Of a DNA stretch of 64,000 bases, positions 24,992 through 39,456 are shown piece after piece. The position numbers were made by a program, and so were the translations under genes. The stretch is from Octopus sinensis (Eukaryota). The stretch covers positions 65,720,001-65,784,000 of the forward strand of contig NC_043004.1 in the NCBI RefSeq assembly GCF_006345805.1, read 5' to 3'. The notes under the pieces were generated by a model, which saw nothing but the letters and a program-made list of their open reading frames with translations, searched no databases and had not been told where the DNA came from. The first letter of the stretch is position 1. Every line of letters begins with the position of its first letter.

Positions 24992-25605
24992 CCAATTAAG
25001 GACTGAACACGAAAAGGTGGACAGTCAACATGCTAGATATAGACGTCAAAATCGCCATTCTCCACAAGGATTATGTTCTCAAATAAAAATAAAATTCAGC
25101 ACGACCTAAAGCAATGATGAGACAACAGAAATATACTAAATGGAATAATTACCTACGTACTGGCAGTTTCAGCTATTATATCACAAGGATATCTGTAGTT
25201 CATCAGCGTAGTTTGTTATGAGATAATATGCTGTACTAGATGAAAAACGGTACCGGAGTCCGCATGCAAAAAGTACAACCTATTACGTTCGGATGTATCT
25301 TTCGAATGCCTCTAATTTTGGGCGCGCTGATAATCGAAAAACTAGCCTGCAGCCAATATTAGCAGCAGTCAATTTATCGGTTGAGAAACTATATTTCATA
25401 TTAAAAATTAAGGGTAGAATAGAAATGATATTAGTCAATTAAAACCAGTGGTCTAGCACATTTAAAAGAATCCGAAGGTTAAAATATTTATATATACCAA
25501 TTAAGGGGACTGAACACGAAAAGGGGACAGTCAACATGCTAGATATAGACGTCAAATCGCCATCTCCACAAGGATTATGTTCTCAAATAATTATGTTCTC
25601 AAATA
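24991..25605 (-). mobile_element. Terminally redundant 505-bp hammerhead monomer (family B)
   Basis: ~95-bp direct repeat at 24991-25086 and 25496-25590 encloses a hammerhead; related to 47525-48440. Confidence 0.8.
25153..25211 (-). ncRNA. Type I hammerhead ribozyme motif
   Basis: cuacg-CUGAUGA-acuacagauauc-cuugu-gauauaauagcu-GAAA-cugccag-UA-cguag. Confidence 0.75.
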
Positions 25606-25662
25606 TATATATAAATTTATATATATATATATATAATTTATATATATATAGTATATATATAT

Positions 25663-25710
<48 letters not shown>

Positions 25711-25719
25711 ATATATATA

Positions 25720-25915
25720 ATTTAAATAATGAGGGTGATAATTGAATATTAATTTTATTAATATCAATTTAAAACCGATAGCCTTGCAAAATAAAAACTG
25801 AAAATTCAGAAAAAATTATAATACATGCGTATAATTCTGTATTTTTTATATTTTCATCTGTCTTACCTGCTTATGTTCTGGTTTTTGCTGAATTTCTCTA
25901 CAGAACATTCTTTTC
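25720..25915. repeat. Family B fragment with internal inversion
   Basis: First half matches 47530-47630; second half matches the reverse complement of ~47715-47780. Confidence 0.65.
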
Positions 25916-26621
25916 TTTGTAATTATACGCATTTATATATATATATATATAATATATATATATATGTTTTGAGTAATCAGTAATATCAGGAACGGTTAAG
26001 ATACTGGTTACCAGTTGGCAACTTTTCTACGACTCTCATGTGATGTGTGATATGACTGGAAGATGAGGGAAAAACTGCTGTCAGCTTATCGAGCGGATCG
26101 TTTATAAGTGGCTATTTATGTGGTGTAAGTTTGTTTAAAACCGCTCCACGAAATATTCAGTTTGTTTACACCTAAGAGGCAAATAGTTGTTGTTGCTTGA
26201 CACTCCAGATAAAATCTATTCTTTAATTCGACTAATTCCCTTAATTTACCTCAAAATACTGCGTCTCGCATCATATAAATATCTAAGATTATATATATAT
26301 GTATAATACATCTTATATGTTTATGCATCTCCTTCAGGATAGGAAGACTACTGATGTGGAATGCTCAACAAACAAGCCTTTAATACGAACATCGTTCTTA
26401 ACTGATCTAAATCAAAATAACTACTGCTATTTTTTATCATGGATTTTTGCGTTAGTTTCTTCTGTATAACTCATGCCCATAACTGTACAAAGCTACGATT
26501 CTGCGTATTACTGCATAATGTGTGCAGTGTATCTGGAATGATATCATACTCATATAAATATGCATGCATTTATGCACCTCTGCATACATACAAGCAATCA
26601 TACATATATTATATTGCATTA

Positions 26622-26653
<32 letters not shown>

Positions 26654-27419
26654 ATGTATGCATATATATATAGATATATATGTGGTGTGTTTGGTATATA
26701 GATATATTATATATATAGATATATATGTATGTATACATATATATATATATATATAATAATATATAATATATATATGTATATGTATATGTATATGTATGTA
26801 TTTATGTAGTTATTTATATGTGTGCGTGTGTAAGTATAGATCTGTGTGTGCGCTTCTGCGCGTGAATCGGAGTAACCGATACTGGATAATGTTCTTGTCC
26901 CTATTTTCTCTTCCTTATTAAGTTGCCTTCATTTTGTTTATATTCCTAATTAATATTTTATTTCTCTACTCTCTTGATATATTACATTATTGTATTATTA
27001 TTATATTATATCATTATGTTATTCTTCATTCATTTTCTACCTGTCCTTCCTATAATATTCGGTGGTTTTTCGATTTTTTTTGTCGTCTTTCTTTCTCATT
27101 TTACGTTTTGCTTCTCTGGTATGCCTTAGTCACGTCATATGCCTTCCAATAATACTATCTGATTATATTTTATGCGGTCTCAGTAATAAATTACTTTCTT
27201 CTGTGTCAAGTTTCGTGCTGAGTTAGCCATTTTGAATTTTTTGTTTTTTGTCTTCGATAATTGGGAGAAAGAAAACGAAAAAAAAGGCGCACGCGCACAA
27301 AGGAAACAAAAAAAAAAAACAGAAAGAAAAAACATTAACATTTTCTCATTTGTTGCACTTTTTGTTGTTAATTTTCTCTATCGTACTCCTCTCATCAACA
27401 TCCTTGACGTCGTCGACTT

Positions 27420-27426
27420 CATCACC

Positions 27427-27460
<34 letters not shown>

Positions 27461-27587
27461 TCAATCATCATCATCATCATCATCATCACTCTCGCCGTCA
27501 TCATCGTCATTATCATCATCATCATCATCATCATCATCAATCATCATCATCATCATCATCATCACTCTCGCCGTCATCATCGTCATT

Positions 27588-27621
<34 letters not shown>

Positions 27622-27661
27622 CCACCACCACCACCATCATCATCTTCATCATCATCATCAT

Positions 27662-27727
<66 letters not shown>

Positions 27728-27832
27728 GTCATCATCATCACCCTCGCCGTCATCGTCATCATCATCACCCTCGCCGTCATCGTCATCATCATCACCCTCG
27801 CCGTCATCGTCATCATCATCATCATCATCACT
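27420..27832. repeat. (CAT)n microsatellite with ctcgccgt interruptions
   Basis: Direct reading. Confidence 0.95.
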
Positions 27833-27837
27833 ACTAC

Positions 27838-28316
27838 GAGACATAAGGCATCTCGAAAGAGTCCAGAAGCTGGCTACCCGCATGGTTCTTGGCCTCAAGC
27901 ATTTGTCTTATGAAGAAAGACTGAAGACGCTCGTCCTTTATTCTCTAGAAAAACGACGACGCCGTGGAGGTCTCATTCTTGCTCACAACATCATAAGCGG
28001 AAAGTGTACCCTCTCGAAAGAGCTGTTCTCCACTCCTGCTCCAGAGCGTCGGCTGCGGGGGTCACTCCGAAAAGCTCTACCTGCGACGATTTCATCTCAA
28101 TCGACGGAGAGGTGCTTTCTCCGTCCGGGTTGCGGATCCGTGGAAGAAGCTGCCAGACGAGATGGTGAAGATACCGACGACCGCTTGGTTCAAAGTCTCC
28201 CTTGACCTCAAGTGGCCTGAACACTTTACATGAACACCCTCCCTGTACATAACTCCATGCCCCCCTACATGGCCTTGCTTTTTGCTTTTTGAGCCAATAA
28301 ATTAACTAACTACTAT
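27838..28316 (+). mobile_element. 5'-truncated CR1-group LINE 3' end
   Basis: KHLERVQKLATRMVLGLKHLSYEERLKTLVLYSLEKRRRRGGLI...LRGHSEKL...FSVRVADPW.KLP...FKVSLD; aataaa and short (taac)n tail. Confidence 0.9.
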
Positions 28317-28449
28317 TTGTATTATCGTAGTCGTATTTATTGCTTCTATTGTTGTAGGGGTTGTTGTTGCTGTTGTTGTTTTCACTCTTCTTGTTCTTCT
28401 TCTTACAATGATGATGATGATTATCATCGTCATCATTATAGTGGGTGAT

Positions 28450-28666
28450 TAGAATATTATTATTATTATTATTATTATTATATTATTATTATATTATTAA
28501 TATTATTATTATTGTTATTGTATTTATTATTATTATTATTATTATTATATTATATATATATATTATTATTGTTATTGTTATTGTTATTGTTATTATTGTT
28601 ATTGTTATTTATTATATTATTATATTAATATTAATTATTATTATTATTATTATCATTATTATGTTA

Positions 28667-28722
<56 letters not shown>

Positions 28723-28781
28723 AATAATAATAATAATAATAATAGTTATCATCATCATAATCATCATCATTATTATTATTT
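28450..28781. repeat. (ATT)n/(AAT)n microsatellite
   Basis: Direct reading. Confidence 0.95.
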
Positions 28782-28997
28782 GAATCCGACGTGATTCCCT
28801 TGCAACACGAGGCGTAGCGCCAGTCTTCTAATGAAAAGCTGAAATGAGTACAACACTATTTCTGGGGCAATTGAGGACTATATTTGTAGGTTACATTTGT
28901 TGTTCATTGTTCGAATGCATAGAGTTTTTTTTCCCGTTTATGCTGTTGTATATGTCATCGTGGTTGTTGCTATGGCTGCTGATGTTGTTTTCACACG

Positions 28998-29345
28998 TCT
29001 TCTTTTTCTTTTTCGTCTTCTTCTTCTTCTTCTTCTTCTTCTTCTTCTTCTTCTTCTTCTTCTTCTTCTTCTTCTTCTTCTTCTTCTTCTTCTTTTTCGT
29101 CTTCTTCTTCTTTTTCGTTTTCTTCTTCTTCTTCTATTTCTACTTCTTCCTCTTCTCCTTCCTCTTCTTCATCTTTTCTTCTTCTTTTTCTTCTTTTTCG
29201 TCTTCTACTTCTCCTCCTCCTCCTTCTTCTTCTTCTTCTTCTTCTTCTTCTTCTTCTCCTCACCCTCATCTTCCTGCTCCTCCTCCTCCGTTGTCGTCGT
29301 CTTCATGTTCTTCGTCGTCGCCGTCGCCGTTGTCCTCTTCTTCCC
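28998..29345. repeat. (CTT)n-rich microsatellite
   Basis: Direct reading. Confidence 0.95.
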
Positions 29346-29741
29346 ATTATGGTGACGTATATGGTGCGATATGGATGAAGTTAGCAACAAATATGACAAA
29401 TATGACAAATATGACAAATATGGTAAATGTATAACTAAAGGTACAGATTCGATGTACTCCAATGGAATTCAAAGTGTTAAACTAATCTAAGAGTAACATA
29501 AATCCAAGAATTATGAACACCAAATCATCGTCGGAAGGACGTAGACGATTCGTGTGAACGTGCAATAATTGGCAACATAAAAACAAATGTCTTCAACAGA
29601 ACAGGAGATGTGTGGGATGGAGTGTAGGTCAAGAGGTCACAGCAGGTGTGTCGAAAAAATTCCAATGGACATAAAAGAGGATCAATAATATATCCGAAGT
29701 GAAGAACGAGTATATAGTGTAAATAACCGAGTATATAATCC

Positions 29742-29813
29742 TGGGATGTAGTTCAGTGGTAGAGCGTTCGCTTTGCATGCGAAAGGCCCCGGGTTCGATC
29801 CATGGCATCTCCA
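29742..29813 (+). tRNA. tRNA-Ala (anticodon TGC), possibly a pseudogene
   Basis: 72-nt cloverleaf tgggatgtagttcagtggtagagcgttcgctttgcatgcgaaaggccccgggttcgatccatggcatctcca; anticodon 29774-29776; G3-U70 present; T-run downstream; mismatches at position 1 and in the T-stem. Confidence 0.8.
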
Positions 29814-29827
29814 GAATATTTTTTATA

Positions 29828-29960
29828 GGCGCGGGAGTTCCACATGGTTCCGGGTTCAGTCCCACTGCGTGGCACCTTGGGCAAGTGTCTTCTACTATAG
29901 CCTCAGCCGACCAAAGCCTTGTGAGGAGATTTGTTAGACGGAAACTGAAAGAAGCCCGTC
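29828..29960 (+). mobile_element. CORE-type SINE head (A box deleted)
   Basis: ggttccgggttcagtcccactgcgtggcaccttgggcaagtgtcttctactatagcc. Confidence 0.88.
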
Positions 29961-30077
29961 ATACATACATATCTATTGCACACACACCCGTTTCCATATC
30001 CTAGCTTGAACAAGAAGCTTTCACTCACAACGTCTCATACACATACATATACGCAACCACATACATACATACATACA

Positions 30078-30142
<65 letters not shown>

Positions 30143-30670
30143 ATGTGTGTGTGTGTGCGTGTGTATACACATCTATCCGTACACATACGTATACACACAA
30201 AGACATACCTGCACACACAATAGCACCAACTCATTCACGCCCGCGCCACCTCGCTCTAGACCACTAAATCTATCCACTGCTCTTAACCTGTTTGCTCCAT
30301 TTCCTCGCACACTCACTCATCATTCACACAAACAAAAACACACCGGTATATAGACACTGCTAAACTGACACAATGAAAATTTCTGCACTTTGCAGCCTCC
30401 AAATATTCTTTTCTCCCCATATTTCAACTTCCAGGCATTTATTTTTTAGCCATGTAGCCAAACATATTATTTTCTTGCACTATTCCTTTCATTCTCTTGG
30501 GAGTTTTTCCTTTATGCGTTTTCCGACGAAAAGCCAGGCCCAAAACGTCACAACAGTTCTTTTTTGCATCTATCTTTTTCTGAGCATCGATCTAATATAT
30601 TCACTGTGTATGTCCTTTTGACATTTGTTCTGGTCTTCTCTGCTTTGGTATTTTATTTTGGCTTGCCACC

Positions 30671-30755
<85 letters not shown>

Positions 30756-31010
30756 AAGAAAGTCAAGATAGAAAATGCTAAAATAATTTTATAAAAAACA
30801 TTTCAGTACCGGTTTCAGTCATTGAGACTTTTTCAACTGTAACAATTAAACAATCAAATTGGGAAAAATTAAAAGTAAAGTTTTTTTTTTTAAGAATATT
30901 TGTTGTATAGTGTTCAAATACAAGGGACATTTTCCTTGTTTCTGCATGTCTCTCTCTCTGTCTCTCTTGTTTACTCTTGGGGATTCGAGGTCGTTGTGAA
31001 TTCTTGGAAG

Positions 31011-31131
31011 GGAAGAAGAAGAAGAAGAAGAAGAAGAAGAAGAAGAAGAAGAAGAAGAAGAAGAAGAAGAAGAAGAAGAAGAAGAAGAAGAAGAAGAAGA
31101 AGAAGAAGAAGAAGAAGAAGAAGAAGAAGAA
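31011..31131. repeat. Pure (GAA)n tract
   Basis: Direct reading. Confidence 0.97.
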
Positions 31132-31503
31132 TGTGGGAGTGCCATGACAGTAGTATGTTTGAATGGTCAGCTGCACTGGCCCGAAAATGACCCGCTGGCT
31201 CTTTTCAAGAGTCAAAACTATTGAAAAGGTTGGAAGACGCAACGAAAATATTAGGAAAATATCAATAAGAAATAAGTGGATATTTTACCGGTAAGTGTAT
31301 TAAATTATAAGGCACAAAAAGAAAATGACTCTCCCCAGACAAAACAGAATAAGCTTCAACACACGAACTCACATAAAAAATCTTGCAAAGCAAATCCAAA
31401 ATCGGATATACCCGGGCTAAAAGCATTGAATGCTTGTAGGGGACAAACGCAAATACACACACAAAAGAGATTATTACTTTCATTATATAGATATATATAT
31501 ATA

Positions 31504-31544
<41 letters not shown>

Positions 31545-31578
31545 ACATTATATATATAGACATACATACATACATACA

Positions 31579-31627
<49 letters not shown>

Positions 31628-31644
31628 ATATGTACGTATGTATG

Positions 31645-31694
<50 letters not shown>

Positions 31695-31727
31695 GTGTGT
31701 ATATAATGTATATATATGTAATATAAA

Positions 31728-32636
31728 TACCAAAGGGTACCCGAAAGGAACTGGAATTTTGCGATATTATTTCATTCACTCAGATTTATATGTTTACACT
31801 TTTAGCGCCTTCAAAGTAATCCCCATTTGAAGCAAGGCATTGCACCAGGCGCATTTTCCACTGTTTGAAGCAGTGCTGGAACTCTTGAGAAATAATGCAT
31901 TTTAAAGCGTCCGTCAATTATTTGGTTGTTGTTTGCTTCTTCCAAGTCTGCAAATTCTGTAGCACCAGACTTCATCACCAGAGATGATCTTCGAAAAAGA
32001 TCTGGAGCAACTTCCAAACTGTTCTTCCAGTTCACGACACTCATTCAGTCGTGACTGCTTTTGCTTTTCCGTGAGCAGGCGAGGCCCAAATCTTGCTGCA
32101 ATTCTTTCCAATTATAATTCCTCGCATAAAGTTCGTTGGCAGGGGCTCCAGGACACACCAGTCATATCAACAAGTTCATCAAATATTCGGTGACGGCCCT
32201 CCAAGATTAGCTCATGTATATTCGTGATGTTCTCAATCGTTTGGGAGGTCGATAGACGTCTTGAATGAGGCTGGTCTTCAAACGACAATGACCATTCCTT
32301 GAGCATGAAAACCGCTCGTAAACTTGTGTTTTGCTCATGTTAGCGTCCTTGTAAGTTTTTTGAAGCATGTTAACTCTTTCGACCGCTGTTTTTCCAAGCA
32401 GATAACAGAAGTTCACGGAAACACGCTATTCTTTCTTTTCAGCCATCACAGAAATCGACACAATGTGGAGAAGCACTGCAAATCAAAGACACATGACATC
32501 AAGGCAGCCCTTCTGACGCCAGTCGGCAGACTGACAACCGAGGCTTGTACCAAATGGCTCTAGCGGCAAAAGCCTGAAATACAACGGTCTGGTCCCGCAG
32601 ACAAATTTTCCTGTTAGTTTTGAGTACCACCTCGTA
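31728..32636 (-). mobile_element. Internally deleted mariner (irritans-like)
   Basis: NFCYLLGKTAVE..MSKTQVYE..EDQPHSRR..IAARFGPRLLTEKQK..IISGDEVWCY then jumps to ..QW..CLASNGDYFEG; degenerate TA-flanked TIR-like ends. Confidence 0.85.
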
Positions 32637-33460
32637 TATAAGCGTGCAGGTAGTTTCCATACATTTTGCATTGCATGCACTTGCACACTTACATGCACAC
32701 ACACACGGACACACTCAGACACACACACATATTATGCGTTCAGTCTTTAGTCATTCAAGTAGTATAGAAACGGGGCCTAAAATGTGCATGTGCAGTGATG
32801 CTTTTCAAATATAGACATGCCGCCAATTGTACGTTAGGATGTACTAGGAAGCGGCGTATATTGTTGTATAGATATCAACGTTTAGATCTTAAACTCTAAT
32901 AGACAACTAGAACATTTCATAACATTTGAATATCATATTTACTAGTTTTTAATGTATTATTTGACATTATTTTATGTATTTCCTTGAATTTATTGTGATT
33001 ATTTAACCTAAATATATATCTATAGCTCAACAAGATATATGATCATTGCGTCGTAAGCTATGGCTACATACACAAGTACGCCTGAGACGCATACATACAC
33101 ACACACACACAGTTACACTCACATGTATAGATACGCATACATAAGAGTGTGTATTCCATGCAGCCAACACACATGACTGTACGCAAGTATATATTTATGC
33201 GAATATATACAGTCATGCGCACATACATGTGTACGTGTGTGTATACATATTTATGTATATATTTGAATGCATTGTCGTATACTGAGAAAACGTCTTCCCG
33301 ATAATTGCACACAGACTCTACGCCGTTTATACACATACACAATACACGCAGGCATACATATATATACATACATGCGGTATGTATATATATATATATATAT
33401 ATAATATGTATCTATATATGTATACGATATATATGTATGTATATATACATATATAATAGA

Positions 33461-33514
<54 letters not shown>

Positions 33515-34814
33515 AAATATGTATACATATAATGTATATAATATATGGTGTGTGTGTGTATATATGTATGTATATATGTATGTATGTATGTAGTATGATA
33601 TACAGACATATTCTCACAAGCATACATGTACGCACTGACTGTACGGTCACACACATCGGATTGACGTTAGCACTAGCATTGGCAGAACTATTACTTCCAC
33701 GCGAAAAACTTTACTCAAGCGATCTGGAAGGCTTTTGGCCCAATTCAGTTATGCCAAGTGCACTCTTCTGTTGCGTGAAATACCGTTTCTTTACAAATGA
33801 ATAGACTACCATGTTGTCTTTTGTTATTTCTCTCTCGTCGTCAACATTCGCTACAGTATCTCTCTCTCTCTCTCTCTTGTTCTCAATTTCTTTTCCTTCA
33901 TCCTCGTCCTCCCTATGGCTCTCTCACTCCTTCTTTCTTTAACATTGTTTTAGCACTATATATTTGATTTCTTCTGTGTCTTTTCTGTGTTTTGTTCTTC
34001 CGTTTTTGCCAGTACTTCCTGTGTATATGGAGGAGTGTGCTTATTGTCCTAGCTAACATTTCTTCGTTATCCTATATTGCCAAACGTTATAACATTTTAT
34101 AATATTCATTTCTCTCCATTTTCTAGCCTTTGTTTCTACTATACTTTCTTTCCTTCCTTCTTTCATTTCGCATTTCCTTACTTAATACTATCCGCCTTTC
34201 GAGCTCGCCTTATTTCCCATTTTCTTTTTTCCTGTATTTTTTACTTTCGTTATTGCAGCCTTTCTCTCTGACTCAATTACTTTCTTTCTTTCTCCCATTC
34301 CCTCTCTCCTCCTCCCTCCCTCCATTTATTTACGTATTAGGTTATACATTTCTTCCTTTCCTTCTTTCTTTCTTTTCTTAATCTCCGTGTGCTCTGTGGA
34401 GTCTTTTGTCCAACTTTACGTTGTATCTCTTTCTTTCTATCAGTGGCGCTCACTTCCGTTGATTTATACAGTTTTATCAACAACAATGGGATTAAGGGGT
34501 CTTTAAATGCTAAAGTAAAGCCATTTCCACCTGAATTCTCTTCTTACACCAGTCTTCGACAGATTCTCGATTGTTTGTGCATGTGTGTGCATGTATGCAT
34601 GTATGTATGTACGTACATATGTATGTATGTGTGTATGTATGTATATATATGTATATATATATATATTAGATTAGAGTATATTTATATTTATGCCTCGTGT
34701 ACATGTGTATGTATTTATATACGTTTATATATATGTATGTATACAGAGATGAATATGTGTAAAGTACTCACATTCAGATACATGTGCCTATGCGTTATAT
34801 ATATATATATATAT

Positions 34815-34850
<36 letters not shown>

Positions 34851-34896
34851 GTGTGTTGGTGTGTGTATTATATATATATATATATATATATATTCA

Positions 34897-34946
<50 letters not shown>

Positions 34947-35553
34947 ATATCTACCAACATGCACATGCAAACAGCACGCACACACTCGCGCAGACACACA
35001 GAGGCATATATATACATATACATATTTCGGCGTGTATTAGGTGTGTGGTCTTGTTCATCTATTTGCGCGGTGTTGTGTGTTGAGCGTATGCTTTAGATGT
35101 TATATACTCGTCCACCTGCCTGGATGTGTTTATGCATTTGTGTCTGTATAGGTGTGTATGTTTGTGATTTTATGCTTGTAGACATTTGTATATGTGTATC
35201 TCCATTCGAGAATATAGTGCCGTACTTACATGTATGCATTCATCTGACATACCATGTTTTTTGCGAACGGCGCTGTTGATCGACCTAGGCCCTCCCTACT
35301 CGCACACATGTGAGATTCCAGACTCCGACCTGTGGCATCTCCATCTGTTTCCTTCTATGTATAGTGTATGTGGGAGCAAATTATCAAAGCGCTGCAAATG
35401 ATAACAATGCAGGGTATGATTTGAGGACGGCATATCTAATGTATTAGCGGCAGCAGTCATACCAATCACAGATTACCTTGTTAGTGACAATATAAAATAG
35501 CACTACGTACCACATTCTCTGTTTGTGTATGTCTGTGTATGCGTGTGTACTTA

Positions 35554-35588
<35 letters not shown>

Positions 35589-35795
35589 CTATCTATCTAC
35601 CTACCTATGTATCTATATCTATCTATCTATCTATTATCTATCTATCTACTATCTATCTTCTATCTATCTATCTATCTATCTATCTTATCTATATATATTA
35701 TATATATATATATTACATATTATATATGTAGGTCCGGGTTGATTCGGGGTTAACCACAGTAAATAAGGTACTCAATACATAGCAGAGTAAAATTA

Positions 35796-35916
35796 ATTTA
35801 TTATATAGAAGGAGCTTCTACAGGAATAGAAGTTTCATTCAAGAGAAAATCTTCCTGAAGATTTCTCTTGAATGAAACAGTTCTAGTCCTGTAGAAGCTC
35901 CTTCTATATAATAAAT
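35796..35916. repeat. 121-bp fold-back
   Basis: atttattatatagaaggagcttctacagga.. / ..tcctgtagaagctccttctatataataaat, centre ~35855. Confidence 0.9.
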
Positions 35917-36040
35917 ATATATTTATATATATATATCTATGTATACATATATACATACATTCGTACATACATAGCATACATCCATACGTACATACATGCA
36001 TACATACATACATACTACCATACATACATACATACATACA

Positions 36041-36070
<30 letters not shown>

Positions 36071-36071
<1 letters not shown>

Positions 36072-36160
36072 GATGTTGAAATTCCAATGAAGGAACCTTG
36101 GATCTAGGTTCGGAACAGGTTCTTTCTCTATTGCCAAGAAATCTTGAAATAAACTGAATG
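36071..36160 (+). repeat. Unclassified dispersed repeat; second copy at 61024-61117 (-)
   Basis: gatgttgaaattccaa.gaagga.ccttggatctaggtt...tcttgaaataaa.tgaat shared. Confidence 0.75.
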
Positions 36161-36170
36161 ACATACACAG

Positions 36171-36204
<34 letters not shown>

Positions 36205-36289
36205 ACACACACACATACACACGCGCACACACACACATATACAGAGAGAGAGAGATAACTGAGGTTATCCAAGGGAATGGCAAAGGTCA

Positions 36290-36440
36290 ACACAGCTTGG
36301 CACTAATGACGTCACAACTCGCTTCTACAGCTGAGTGAACTGGAGCAACGTGAACTAAAGTGCCTTGCTCAAGAACACAACTCGCATCCCAGTCCGAGCT
36401 TCGAACTCACTACCTCATGATTGTGACCCCGACGCTCTAT
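36290..36440 (-). mobile_element. tRNA-derived SINE of the 51680 family
   Basis: Reverse complement: gtgagttcgaagctcgg...gttgtgttcttgagcaaggcacttt..ttcacgttgctccagttcactcagctg. Confidence 0.75.
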
Positions 36441-37578
36441 ATATGCTTACATAAATTCACACACAAACATAGTCACTCACACAAACAGCCTCTCACACAC
36501 TCACGAACACAAACAATAACACAGTGTCTTAAGAGAAGCAAGAAATGTTTATGATAGATAAGCATGGGAATATAAAGAAAAGGTATGGAAGACACGTTGA
36601 ATGAAATATATACACGAGAAGGGAAGGAAAAGAAATAATAAACATAACGTAGTATTATCGTAAGAAAAAAAGACAAAAAGTACACGATGCTAAATTTCTG
36701 AGGTCTGTTTACATGGCGGGCCTAGTGTAAAACGGAAGATGATGAGTTGGATATAAGGACTAGAAGTGGAGACACACCCTGGGTTATCCTGAGAGTAACA
36801 TGGTACGAGTGAGGAAAAAGGTGTGGGGCATTCTAATTATTGCTTTCTCTGCCCCTATCTGTCTCTACTATTACTCTTTTGCTCACACTTTTCCTTCATT
36901 ATCTGCAGATAGAGGGGAAGATAGGGAGTAAAGGGAAATAGAATATGTGGAGAGAGGTAGCGAGAACGAGAAAGAAAGAGAGAGTGAGAGAGTGAGAGAG
37001 AGGCAAAGAGAAGTAGGGAAAGCGATGAAAGGGAATTGGTAAAAAATAGGAAAGGGGTAGAAAATGAAATCTAGCAAAGGAACTTAAGTGAGAAAAGAGT
37101 GGATATTTCATGATACTAGCGAGCGTGCGCAAGTGTAGCTAAACGAGCAACATTTTCATTCGTGTAGGCTTTAAATAGTATCTAACGTCTGTCAAGGGAT
37201 ACAGAGCTCGTGTACGTAGCTGCGCAACAGTCAATATTGTGATATAAGACATCCAAATATGAACGTAAAAGTATGTACGTTAAAAGTACACACACACACA
37301 CACAAGAGCACACAAGGGTACACAAACAATACGCATACGAAGACACTAGCTCACCCACACACTAACATACGAATTATGTTTAAGCATGTGTGTGAGGCCA
37401 AACGTTGTGTGCGTAATTTGATTGTACAGAGTTAGTGTAAAGGAATTAAGTGGTAGTCATGTGCAATGTTTATGCCTGGTGTGTTATGTTATGAAGGAAT
37501 GTGTGTACCAGCGGTAGACTGGTGGTTCTTGATGCTGTCAGCTGTCTGTGTACACCTGTGTACGTGAAGCTAGTGAGC

Positions 37579-38394
<816 letters not shown>

Positions 38395-39456
38395 CAGCTA
38401 TCTATCTATCTTTCTCTAATCACTATGACATTCAATATGTCTCTCCCTTTCCATATTCATATTTTACTATTCCTCGTTTTCTCTCTACATTTCTGACCCT
38501 CTCTTGCCAATTTCTGCGTCGCTTCTCCTCTTCCCCTTTCTCTCTACAAGTGGCCTTCCCCTTCACAGCTCAAGTACGTTTAATAGACTGTAAAACACAT
38601 AACATACGAATTTTGGTGCATATGTTTCACTACTAATGAAGCATGTTAATCCTCAGTGAACAAGACTTATTGGGGTATCAAATATTTTCCTCCCAAATCT
38701 ACTTAAATCTTATGAAGCGTTAATTGGAATCAGTTTGATATACTGCGAAATTTCAAACTAGAAAACATAACATACAACATGCAGACAAGAGAAAATATAC
38801 TAATAAAGAGCGAGTGAGAGGGAATGAGAGAGAAGGAGAAAGAGATGATGTGAAAGCGAGAGAAAGGGAGCAAGGGAGAAGGAGAGAGAATGGGAGGGAG
38901 AAAAAACGGGAGGCGAGAAAGAGATGGTGTGAGAGAGAGCGAGAGAGAGAAAGAAAAATGGTGCAAGGTAGAAGGGGAGAGGGAATGGGAGGGAGAAAAA
39001 CGGGAGGCGAGAAAGAGATGGAGTGGGAGAGACAAAGAGAAAGAATAAGGGAGCAAGGAAGATCGAGAACGTGAGAGTGAGAATAAAAGGGAGTAATTTT
39101 GAAAGTGGAAGACGAAGAGTATGAGTTAGGAGGAGGGCGATGCAGTGAGGAGGTTTGCTAGAGTTTTGAATCAAATATATTATACGCACCATTGTTACAT
39201 CCATTTGCTTATTATTTATATAGTTAGTATATTAACTTCCCCATGTATGTTGATACACACAAACACAAACATACACATATTGTTAGATAGATAGAGTAGG
39301 AGATAGGGAGGAAGAGATGTGTTGATAGATAAATGAATAGATACAGTTGCATACATGTGTGTATTATATATATACATTTATATGCACATATCTATCTAGC
39401 TCTCTCTCTCTCCCTCGCCCACTGTATACATACATACATACATAAATATATATATA

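Noticed and set aside
29387-29423. (acaaatatg)x4 repeat
   Set aside because: Simple minisatellite without spacers; not CRISPR-like
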